Positions 1-11,400 of a stretch of DNA of 64,000 nucleotides are shown here, in pieces. Both the position numbers and the translations under genes were made by a program. The notes under the pieces were generated by a model, which searched no databases, was not told the origin of the DNA, and saw only the letters and a list, made by a program, of their open reading frames with translations. The DNA is from Octopus sinensis (Eukaryota), in NCBI RefSeq assembly GCF_006345805.1, contig NC_042999.1, positions 131,874,001 to 131,938,000 on the forward strand, in the 5' to 3' direction. How positions within the stretch are numbered: position 1 is the first letter of the stretch; every line of letters begins with the position of its first letter.

Positions 1-186
1 AATATCTAAGCTGCGGAGAACATTAAAAATATACGGTTTGCAGCATCTTTGTATCTTTATTACAGGTATATAGCCTAAAAGAAGAGGGGACAATAGGAAG
101 ACAGGCAACACAAAACGTGGGGTACATAAAATGAAAATGTGTATGTGGAAGACACATCTTAGCCGTTCAAAACACACCAAGACTGC

Positions 187-346
187 TAACTTCACTTAAA
201 GTTTATTGTTACGTATCAAAATTTTCGACGCACGAACTGTAATCTGTTCTCTAACATAATTTCACTGCATCCTGTGCAGTGAAATCATATCAGTGACCAC
301 CAGGACGCTGAAAATTTTGATGCATAACCAACGTTAAGTGAAGTTA
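187..346. repeat. imperfect 160-bp palindrome (MITE-like)
   Basis: Outer arms taacttcacttaa / ttaagtgaagtta, inner arms atcaaaattttc / gaaaattttgat, central atttcactgca-N5-tgcagtgaaat. Confidence 0.7.
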
Positions 347-578
347 ATGGTCTGCATGCTTTCGAATGGCTAGAATGTGCTTTCCACGCTGCAATCAATT
401 TTGTTTCAATACACGATTCCCAAATGAAATTACTTGCCTGACAAGTACACCTCCGAAACAAAAAATATAATTTTGCAGTAATAGCTTTAACAGTCTAGTA
501 ACAGTTAACACAAATAAACAACCAAACAGTATTTGATAGACAAGACAAAATTAATGACAGCTATTTCAGCTGCTGCGT

Positions 579-821
579 TTATCTACCATAGTCTACATAC
601 AGATCTTCGTTGAGAAGATTCAGTTTCATTTTTGAAGACAAGCGTTTCATTAACCGTTTTGTAAAATCAAAATTGGGGAACTCCCCAATCTTTTCTGTTT
701 GGCTTTCACTTTTCAACTTCAAATTTGTTCCAATGGATTTAAAATTTGCTATATTTATATAGTTTTTAAATACTAATTTGGGAAATTTATTTTTGCCATA
801 AAGTAATAAATCATGAAATCT
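579..821 (-). CDS. 80-codon open frame, possible exon of a divergent gene or a transposase relic
   Basis: Hand translation RFHDLLLYGKNKFPKLVFKNYINIANFKSIGTNLKLKSESQTEKIGEFPNFDFTKRLMKRLSSKMKLNLLNEDL has no stop in very AT-rich DNA. Donor CT|gtatgt at 601/600. Confidence 0.35.
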   Translation of the reverse strand, partial: RFHDLLLYGKNKFPKLVFKNYINIANFKSIGTNLKLKSESQTEKIGEFPNFDFTKRLMKRLSSKMKLNLLNEDLYVDYGR

Positions 822-1714
822 CTAATATACCTTTAATATTTTCCCCTCCCTTATTACTAAAATATTCTATGAAAGGTCCGTGAAGGAAATCATCTACTAT
901 ACTTAGAGCTGCTATCAGAAATTGCTCCCCCTAAAAGTGAAATCGTGTAACCCAATTATATATCTGTAATATCGTTCCCTCTTTTATCAATTAACTATTT
1001 TATGAAAGGTCCATGGTGAAGATCACTCCACTCAATACACTGAACTGTTATTAGAGATTACTGCTCCTATTTAAGATATTAACAACTTTTAGAATAAATT
1101 AGTTGAGATATTAAGAGCAAGTCTTGTTAGAAAAACACGAGGAAACAACAGTTTTTGTTGTTTCTACGAACAAAACACTCTACTCTCCTATTTCTTCTGA
1201 CAATTCAGCCATCTTATCCCCTACCAAAGAAGTTCTCAGACGTTTGTAGCATTTTCTTTCCAAGGACTTTTTCAAGCTGAAATTTATTGTTTGCTTGCTT
1301 TATTGCAATAATTATCTCTAAGAATGATATATTAATTAATTAACCAGCCAACATTGGCTAATAATTATTTAATGACGGAGGTTTTTCAAGGGTTGACTTA
1401 CCTAGTATTCACAAAAATAAAAATATATTTCAAGTGACTGAATTACTTAATTCATTTAAATTTCGGAGATATTCCTATGTTCTATGTATTTTTCGACTAA
1501 ATATTCTCTATATTGACTTCTATAGTGTTTGGAATATGTTCTGATGTTATGGTATGTAACCTCATCCATTTCTTTTTAGATAGATTTGTAAGTTAAAGTG
1601 AGAGTTGTAAGGGAGGCCAATCCATGACACAATTTCACTCAATCATTCAAGGTTATTGCCCCTGAATTTGTACTAAACTAAAGCTAAAAATAACAACATA
1701 GCTTTGTTTGAAAC

Positions 1715-1855
1715 GATGGCTGTACGCATGCGTAAGTTTCAATATTTTCTAAGTTCACTTTGACGAAAAATGGCGCTTTACGTGAAGTTGTTATAGAATC
1801 TGTCCAACTTAGTGTGGCTTTCTTCCAAACACCTCTTCTGTTCTCCAAGTAAGTA
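1715..1855. promoter_or_regulatory. candidate (bidirectional) WAPL promoter / first non-coding exon
   Basis: Perfect palindrome ACGCATGCGT at 1724-1733 (NRF1-like); AAAATGGCG at 1767-1775 (YY1-like); + strand donor CAA|gtaagt at 1848/1849; locally more CpG than the flanks. Confidence 0.35.
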
Positions 1856-4064
1856 CTACCATCATATTCTCATGCGTATTCTTTTTCAAATGTACTTTCT
1901 TTCTGTACTGATCGTTGTCTGAAGTGTCGTCAATCAGTCAACTAAACTAAACACAGCAAGGTGTAAACATTGTTTAGTAAAACTAAGAAGAAAGACAGAA
2001 ATCTCCGTCCCGAAAGAATTTCGATTTCCCATCTAATTATCACCACAGACAGATTCTTCTGATGTCATTCTAGATTTGAAGAAAACAAAATTTGGGAATG
2101 TAAGAATTATTTTCATTCATTTTCTTTGTCATTTCTTGAGTATTTTGGAAACAATCGACTGGGAACCAGACTCTGTTCTATATTTTTTGTTGTCTCTACC
2201 AACAAAACACTCTCTACTGTCCTATCTCTTCTGACAATTCATCCATATCACACTTTGAAGTTATCCATCCTATTCACCACTTCTCCAATAATCAGCTTCT
2301 CCATTGATGTTGTAAATCAACGATTTCTCAGCCGTAACTATTTCTTTCGAACAGCTTTTTATTCAACTTCGTGCGGTTTCCTCGTGTTTTTTTTTTTAAT
2401 TCTTCTTAGCCAGACTTTCTCTTAATATCTCACCTCACTTCTATCCGAAGGACTTTTCTAGCGTTCTGCCTTCTTCTTAAACAAATAAACAAGTGCAAAG
2501 TTAAAACTTCTCATTGATTCTTTTATCTCCACTGTTGAAAGTAAACAAGTTAACAACACACACACACGCGCATGAACACACGCATAGTTTGAGTGTGTTC
2601 ATGTGTGTGTGTGTGTGTGTGCATGTATGTATACTTGAGTATTTATGTAGTTGATTGTATTTTCCAAACAGTTTGTCTTTAAGATTTGTCCAATAAATAT
2701 AATTTTTTCTCTTTTTTTTTGTTTTGATTGATAAGTTGTTATAAAAAGTCTATATTTCTCCAGCAACTCGCTGCCTGGAGATTCCACAATTAAACATGTT
2801 TCTTTAAACAATTTGATAACTTTCTCCGGCTCTTCTTGGGACAATCATTACACGGTTGTCTCACATTATTTCAAAGTAACGATTTTATTTCGAGAATGAT
2901 TAATCACTAGAAAGATTTCATAAGGATCCACTGTTCTCTGTTGAAACACACACACACATTCATTATTTCACTCACTCACACGTTCACACACGCACGCACA
3001 AACACTCAGGCGCGCGGTGGCATCTTTAAATTAGGGTCCAACTTGAGAAAGTAAATCATCTTCATATTTTTTGGTCCTACCTTATTCTGTTTTTAAATTT
3101 GCATGTTGTTTACTGAGTAAATGGTGCTAGTTTGTTGTGTATTGTGATGGTCAACTGAAGCTACATACACACGCGCGTTGTTACTCTTACAATACACATA
3201 CCATACTCCACAAATACCCGCGTTACTTCTCACAAACTTCACAATTACACATGCATGCTATTCCATCATCTTAAATAGTAAACTTTGAATCCTCTTTTAA
3301 AACTTTTTCTTTACATTATAAAACTTTTTTGTTGTTTTTCTTCTGTTACTTCCCATCTTTATTCTCTCCATCTTTCTATCATCGTTATTATGATTTACCG
3401 TAGTTGAACATTGTGTGTAACGGAATGGTCGTAGCAAGGGAATTATCAGCAACTGGACAACTCCACCTATTTTCATTTTCTATATATATGATGATAATAA
3501 TTCTTGAGAAACGGTAAGACGATGCAAGATTTGTGTGTGTACTTGTGATGATTGCTGCACTACGTTACGATACAGGCTTTGGGTCCAACATGCTGTCGAT
3601 ATCCCGAATAGATCCGTAATTGCTTTTTCAATAAAGTTGTCAGAGCCATGGAATTTTGTTTCTGTTTGATGTGTGTATGGCAGAGGCAGGGTCAAACCTT
3701 AGCCACCAACTCTGAAGGCTAAGACCAAAATATACTATATCTGCATTGATTCCAGTTTTGGAAATCTGCAGGTGATAAATTAGAAAGTGGTAGTCGGATG
3801 CAGATCAGCCATAAAGTTTGGATGAGCTTGGTGGTATTGTTGTTTGAGTGTCAAGCCATTACAAAAGTTTAATGTAAGTAAACTAGTTTTTAAGAGAAAG
3901 GACCTATGTGACAAGAAGTGGTTAATAGTTACATCAAAGGAATATGGGAAGTTGATTGGAGAAGAAATTGGTACCAGTAGAAAACCAACTATGTGATGTA
4001 AGAACAGGTCAGCAAAATTTTTAATGTAAAGAACTGGGAAAAACTTTATTAATTATAAACCGCT

Positions 4065-4337
4065 AAGTGACGGGGACATAAACACACCACCATTGGTTGT
4101 CAAACAATGCTAGGGGGACAAACACAGACACACAAACACACACACACACATACATATATATATATACATATATACGACGGGCTTCTTTCAGTTTCCGTCT
4201 ACCAAATCCACTCACAAGGCTTTGGTCGGCCCGAAGCTATAGTAGAAGACACTTGCCCAAGATGCCACGCAGTGGGACTGAACCCGGAACCATGTGGTTG
4301 GTAGACAAGCTACTTACCACACAGCCACTCCTGCGCC
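4065..4337 (-). mobile_element. tRNA-derived SINE family 1 (3'-truncated copy)
   Basis: Head ggcgcaggagtggctgtgtggtaagtagc with A-box-like TGGCTGTGTGG and B-box-like GGTTCAGTCCC, plus a (TA)/(TG) linker; many copies in the window. Confidence 0.9.
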
Positions 4338-5909
4338 TTATCATTGTGAACCCAACATATTTGAAGACTAAATTATAAAAGCTGAGATTTTTTTTTACAG
4401 AACCAGAAACTTCTCCAACCCTATTTACTATATTAGAAAATTAATCACATCTTGAGAAAGTACACTCACTACTGACATAAAACTATCACATTTTAACACT
4501 TACTCATTGTCAAACTGTGTCCTCTGTATCTTCTGTTGATACTTGAATATATCTGCATCTTTGGATTGGCTAATTGTAGCCCTCACATTCTTCTTAAATC
4601 CATTTGATACTACCAGTTTTACTTCCACAACACTATTTCATCAAAAACTTGTACTTGCTTCAAACCTTTCTCTTCAGTTCTTTATCTCTTTAGCCTATCC
4701 ACCCTCTTTCTGCTAACCAGTACCAATAACCATACCATTTGTAAGAAGTGTATTTGATAATGATGATGTTTGTATGAGGATCTTCAACTAGAGAGGTCTG
4801 ATATTGACTGTTAAATTTGAAAGAAAATTTCTGATATTTGTTCATCATGACTTGGAAACATTTATATACTGCTGGTCTAGTTATCATTGCAGAACTGCAG
4901 AAAAAGTTCCAAATCTGAAAGAATGGTCTAGATTTGAAAGGTATAAAGCTCAACATGGAAAACAATAAAGTAATAAATAGTTATAACAGATAGCAGTACC
5001 ATTAGATGGAACCTTAATACTTCTTTAATCACTGCAAGTAATGGGTGTACAGAGTGTAGTGAGATCTCTTGTAGATTCACGAAACTAAGACTTCAGATGT
5101 CATGTGTAGAAGTGGTTTAGTAAGAAGCAACCTCGCAACAAAGCCCAGAGTCTGTGCTTCACTGAATGTGGTAGATAGTTTCTGTTACCCAGGTGACTTG
5201 TAAGTCGAAGTTATGATTGTATAGTAAAATAATTGATGTCTGTTGGTTTCAGCAATGAAGATTTAGTTGTTTGATATCAAATGAATTAGTGTGTAAGTGC
5301 ATGAACATTCCACAGACTTTTGTATCCTTATTTGTAATGCTCAGACAAAATCAGCATGGCATAGTTTGTGACAAGACTGTACCTTTTAAATCATAGGTAC
5401 AATCCATCCAACAGGCTTCTATGCAATTTCACTAACATGGTATGAGTTAATTCAAGGCTATACAAAAAAAACAGAAAATGACATTCCAGATGCTATGCAG
5501 TGGGATTGAACCCTGAACCCCATAGTTGTGAAGCAAGCTTAATCATTTGGTCATACTGTATAGCAGTCTCTGAATAAAAAGTATACTGTAGTACATTGTG
5601 AGACAGCACTCAGTATGGAAGATCTGTGGAGGTTGGTGAGAAGCATGTTGGCTATGATCTTTGGGATTTTTAAATCTGGCCCCAAAATTCTATTTGTTTT
5701 CTGTTCAAACTAGCCAGGTCTGGCCTCTCACACCTACCTTACAATGTCTTCCTAAAAATAGACAATCACATCATTGAAATCTCGAAGCTATGAGACAATA
5801 CATGACTAAATAGGTTTTACATTTCACTGAGTAATTTAAACACTAAAGGGTTGAAAGTAAGCAGCAAATAGAGGTGGGACACTTGGCTGGGAGTACAACT
5901 GGGCATTAA

Positions 5910-6117
5910 CCCTTTAGCATGCAGATTATTCTGTCAAAAATAATGCTTATTTATCCACATTCATTTGAATTAACCCTGCATTGTCTCATAGCTTTGAGAT
6001 TTTGATGAGGTAACTTAATTTTTAAAATGATATTGTAGAGTTGGTTTGAGAGGCCACATCTAGCCAGTTTGAACTTAAAACAAGCAGAATATTTTGGACA
6101 GTTTAAATGCTAAAGGG
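5910..6117. mobile_element. TTAA-flanked piggyBac-type MITE family A, 208 bp; representative copy (others near 10.9, 14.0, 14.6, 16.1, 16.8, 26.9-27.3, 50.4, 51.0-51.3, 57.3, 59.8 and 61.2 kb)
   Basis: TTAA-CCCTTTAGCAT...ATGCTAAAGGG-TTAA termini. Confidence 0.85.
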
Positions 6118-8063
6118 TTAAAGTTGTCAGCCTGTGTATATAAGAAATTGGTGTGTGCTAGAATGGACATGTGATGATGTTATTATTTAGCTCCAGGCCA
6201 TCCTTGATGAAGCAGACTTACGATCAAAGGCATTCCAGTCATGACTATCCCCTTGTTTTGTATATTTAAAGCTATATAATTCAACATGTCCTTCATTTTT
6301 CAGAATAGCTGAATGGGATATTTGGCTCTTACTTCTAGCACTTTCAGCAACTGTAAAGGTTCCTTTGTTGGTATAGCTTGTATGTATGGATGATGAGTGT
6401 TAGCTGGAAAAGGGCTGTGTGCTGACAGTAAAAAGTACATGTTGCAATGGAAGTCATGAAATGACAACACAGGGTATAGATGAGTGATGATTTGTTGAAA
6501 AGCAGAAGACTTGTTCAGTTCAGTCCATGCCAGTATAGAAAGCAGGACATGATAATGGTTAAAGATACCATTCCACAGAGATATCTCACCTGCTTGCAAG
6601 TAAGTGGGTATTTACCCATTGCTAGACAGAAGACTCAAAATGAACGACAGCCACATTTGTTTTACAACTATCACATGAAGTCAAGGCATGGAGACAGTAA
6701 CACACACACACACATAGTTAGGTACAGGTGTAGCTTTGTGGTAAGAAGCTTGCTTTCCAAACTCATCATTCTGGTGTTAGTGTGTTTATGACTGAAATAA
6801 GTAAAAGATAAAGATATATATGCACAACAGGTTTCTTTCACTTTCTGTTTATCAAATCCACTTACAAGGCTTTGGTTCACTTGAGTCTATAGTAGACTTG
6901 CCCATGGTACCATGCCATAGGACTGAACCTAAGATCATGTTGTTGAGAAACAAACTTCATCACTCTCAACCACATGGTTCTCATGCATGGCACTTTGGGC
7001 ATGTGTTACTATTGCCCCTGAACAACCAAAGAATTGTGAGTGGATTTGGTAGACTGAAACTGAAAAAGGTCCATTGAGTGTGTGCTTGTGTCTCCTTGTT
7101 CTGACATTGCGTGATAGTTGTTAAATGATTATCACTGTCATACAAGCAATGTCATTCATTTCCAATATTTTGTGAGAACATATCTGACTGTGGGGAAATA
7201 TTAACTTCCTTGCAAACAGGTGAGGGTTGGTGATGGGATGGGCATTCAACTGTGAAAAATGAAATCAACAAATTCCAATTGATCCATGTTAGATGATGAT
7301 GATATATTGTGAAGATATGGGTTTCTGACCCATGTCTCTGGCAGGCTGGTTGAGAGTGGTATGTTGCAATGTGCGATGGAATTGTGTCAGTGGTGTTTTG
7401 GAACTTTCCTAGAATAAAAGAAGTTGGAAAGTTAGTGGTTTAAAGGAGAGAAAGATTAGGAAAATGTGTTGTGTAGTGTAGTATGGAAAGTGAGAAATTC
7501 TGGTGAGGATTTGAAGAAACTGGTTTATTGAGTGACTTGAGTGCTATATAGAGTTGACAAGTTCATTCAATGGAGAGCCAGTTGCTGTATGCACAAAAGA
7601 GAAAGTGGCCACAGTTTGATACTGGTTGTAGAATATTGATGAATATGTTTGTGGGAGGTGGGGGCTGAACCACTCCGTATACATACATGAGCATTATTCT
7701 AGTATTTTTTATATATGAGCGAGTGCTGAAAAGTTCCTGGCTTTAAGGGTATTGCAAAAGGCCTAGTTGGAGGCCCAACTTTCCGAGTTCTTTTACAGGG
7801 TTTAAAAAAACTGATGGACCCCTGCAATAAGTATGTAAATCTGAGAGCAGAATGTTGAATAAAATCAAAATTAACTGATCCTCCTGTACTTTCTTTTATC
7901 CAAAGCCAGGAATTCTTCAGCAACTTTGCGTTTATTAGATAGGGGAGGGAAAGGGGTGCCTGTGACCATTCCAACCCCCCCCCCTTACTAATATTGATGT
8001 GTTCAATTTTCACATCTAGTGAAAAAATAGGACAAAGTGATTTGTGCAGATTTATGACAGATA

Positions 8064-8421
8064 GGCATAGGAGTGGCTGTGTGGTAAGTAGCTTGCTTAC
8101 AAACCACATAGTTCCAGGTTCAGTCCCACTGCATGGCTCATTGGGCAAGTGTCTTCTACTATAGCCTTGTGAGTGGATTTGGTAGATGGAAACAGAAAAA
8201 AGCCATTCGTATATATGTGTGTGTGTGTCTGTGTTTCTTCTCTCCAATATCACTTGATAACCGATGCTGGTGTGTTTATGTCCCCATAATTCGGCAAAAG
8301 AGACCGATAGAATAAGTACTGGACTTACACAGAATAAGTCCTGGAGTCGATTTGTTCGACTAAATGCGGTGCTCCAGCATGGCCACAGTCAAATGACTGA
8401 AATAAGTAAAAGAGAGTAAAG
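8064..8421 (+). mobile_element. tRNA-derived SINE family 1, near full length
   Basis: Same head and the gaaacaagtaaaagag-type tail. Confidence 0.9.
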
Positions 8422-11400
8422 AGATACATTAAGGGTGTTAGGAGGAGGAAGAGAGATAGGGGAGTTTGAGTAGAAAGAGTGTATAGATAGCTCAAAGAAG
8501 ATAGGCAGAGAGACAGCACATCAATGAGCCAGTGGTTGAAGTGATGAGTGGATCATTGCCAATTAATTAGATGGCCTTCTTATGTTATCAAAATTATTTG
8601 ATTCCTCACCACTACTGACCCACCAATTATCTCTTCTCCTCCCACAACTATTTATCTCATGCACTATGCCTGCCTCTCTCTTCCCCATCTCACTCATGTA
8701 ACCTCCCCAACATCATCCCTCTCTTGTCCTTCTCCTGTCTACTGTTTTATCATTATTATTCTGCTGCTCTGCACTGTCAGTCATTTCCTACCCTTCCATT
8801 ACTCTTGGTCCCTTTGTTCCATTTATTACTATCCACCTTATTGTATGAAGGTCCACTCGAACTCGGTATCACATATTATTTTTATTGCTCCCTAACTCTT
8901 GCTCAACCACTCCCATCTTCTCGTCTAAAATGTGAGTAGCCATGTAACTCCTCTGCAGCAAGAAACCTGTTCTGCTGTGTTCCCTTCTCTTCAACTTTTA
9001 CCTCTCATCACCTAGCATAAAGTTGCAACCTCATTAGTGTTGGTGGTACAAAAAAAATAGAGCACCTAGTACATGCTGTAAAGTAGTTGGCATTAAGGTT
9101 ATCCAGCTGTAGAAACCATGCCCAGGTATACACTGGAACATGATGCAATCCTTGGGCTCACAACATTCTGTCAAACCATCCAACTTAGCCCAGCATGAAA
9201 CATGAATGTTAAATGGTGGTGGCTGGCGTCATCTGTGGGTTTTACTTGAATTTTAAGATGCTCAGCGACTAATCAGAGCTGATATATTTCTTCCCCTGAA
9301 AAGTAATCTTAGCTTTTGTAATGCAGTTTTGACAATGTAGAATCACCACAAAGGATCATGTCTGAAATTGTGAGTTCTAGCATTTGTTGCAGCTTTGAGA
9401 GCTTATATTTGGATTGTGGAGAGAGGAGCAGCTTTGCCATGATATTTCTATGCAGAATGCAATAAAATGTTTTGTTGATTTCCTCATCTTGAAGTAAAGA
9501 TACTGTCAACATAATTGAATGTTATGATGTTAAGAACAGCTGAATTATTTTTTCCTCTGTTTTCCAAAGCAAGGTCCCATTAGTGCACAATGTAAGAAAT
9601 CTGATCTGTAGATAGACCTATGCTTTTGAACACTGGAAAGGTAATAAAGAAGTTGGTTATTTACATGCACTTCCATCACCCTTCAGTGAAAGGGATTGTT
9701 GACTGTATTTTAGATCCAATATGGCACACTACTGTCACCATCATTTAACATGCATTTTTCATGCTGGTATAGGTTGTATAGTTTTACAGGGGCTGGCAAG
9801 GTGAAGGAGCCACACCTGATTCCATTGTCTGTTTTGGTATGGTTTCTTCAGGTGGATGCCCTTTCTAACACCAGCCACTTTATATTGGGTGCTTTTTATG
9901 TAGTACCAACAGGGTCGAGTACCTTGCAAGACAAAAATCCCTCAACTGGGATGGGGGGGAGTAATGTTGAGGGTGAGTAGCTTTTTTTCTTTTTTTTTTG
10001 CCAGGTGGGAAATTTAAGGCATAGAAGGGACAGATATGGGTATCTCATTGTAACACAGATACATGGGTATCCCAGCAGGAAAACAAAGGACAGGGGAGCT
10101 GGAGAGTAATAGTGAAAGAGAGGATGGCAAAGATGTGTTAGGACATGCCCTCAAGGGACATTAGGAGTTCTGAGAATAAGTGAGGTGATGTAGAGGGTTG
10201 GACTGGATGAGTGGACAGGATGAGGTAATTGTAGCAAATGGAAAGAAATATAGGAAAAGCTTGAGAGCAGGGCTTGCAGTAAATATGTGAGGGCATTGAG
10301 GGTAATAGCAGGTAAGCAAGGAGTTGATGATGGAGAGCAGCATAGAGAGGGGAGAGAAGGTGCAGAAAGGAGATGATTGGTGGCGACAGTAGGAAAGGAA
10401 GAAACAATAACTGAGAAAGCCAGATGACAGAGGAAATGATGGGTGTTAAGGGATGAAATGTGGTTGGGGGTAGGGAGCTATATTCCCATAGATATGGTTG
10501 CATCCTCTGTTGGGAGACAAGATTGTTGATGAAGATGAGAGCTCTTGAGGTGAACTGTTTAAGGATAATAAAAAGTACATCAGAGTGAGTTGGTTTGAAG
10601 TAACCAAAGACATTTTTATACTTTGGAACATCATGCATGTTCTTTCATTGTTTTGTCATTATCTTCAAGAATAGTCTCATGACTAGATCATATCATTTTT
10701 CCTTTTTAAGATAGTAGCATATGACTTGATGGAAATTTGACTGCTATTCTTAGCTGGTCAGTCAGTTTTACTGTGTTGAGGCTATCATAAGCAAAACAGA
10801 CAGCAAATATAATAATTTTATCAGTGAGTGGGTCATCTTGATTTAAACCAGCCATATCCAACCAAAATATTCTATCTGGTTCATTTTCAAACTGGCCAGA
10901 TCTAGCCTCTCACACCTACCCTACAATGTTGTAAAAATAGACAATCGCATCATCGAAACCTCGATGCTACAAGATAATGCATGATCAATTCAGAACATTG
11001 TGAATATGTAAGTATTACATTTGACAGAATGCTAAAGGATGAAGAGTGGTAGGTTGGAGGATTTTAGAAACTGTTGCAGATCCTTTGCTGTTTTGGAGAT
11101 GAGATATTTTGCATTGATGCAAATTGAGCAATTGCATCTCAATTGATAATAGTGACTTCTTCAGGTGTTGTCATAAGAAGTATCCTCACCTACATGCACA
11201 TTTGCAATTCAATCTGCATCTAAATCACTAGGGAGTTGTGGGATTTGGTTGAGTTTGGGACATAGCTAGGAAGATAGTATCAGTCACCTACCCAGCTACC
11301 TCAGGCAACTTATTAAAGAAACCATACCAAATCTGACACTGAAGCTCAGTGTGGTTCTGCCACTCACTGGGTCTTGTCAAATCATCCAACTCATGCCAGC

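Noticed and set aside
4065-4378. SINE heads as tRNA genes, and recurring SRRHLPK/THTHT ORFs as proteins
   Set aside because: A/B-box-like motifs without a cloverleaf; the peptides recur only because the SINE recurs.
7699-8253. 184-aa - strand ORF
   Set aside because: Chimera of a SINE and a mariner-like terminal fragment; no coherent protein.
10138-10638. 166-aa - strand ORF
   Set aside because: Leu/Pro/Ser-biased translation of a GA-rich decayed retroelement-like tract.
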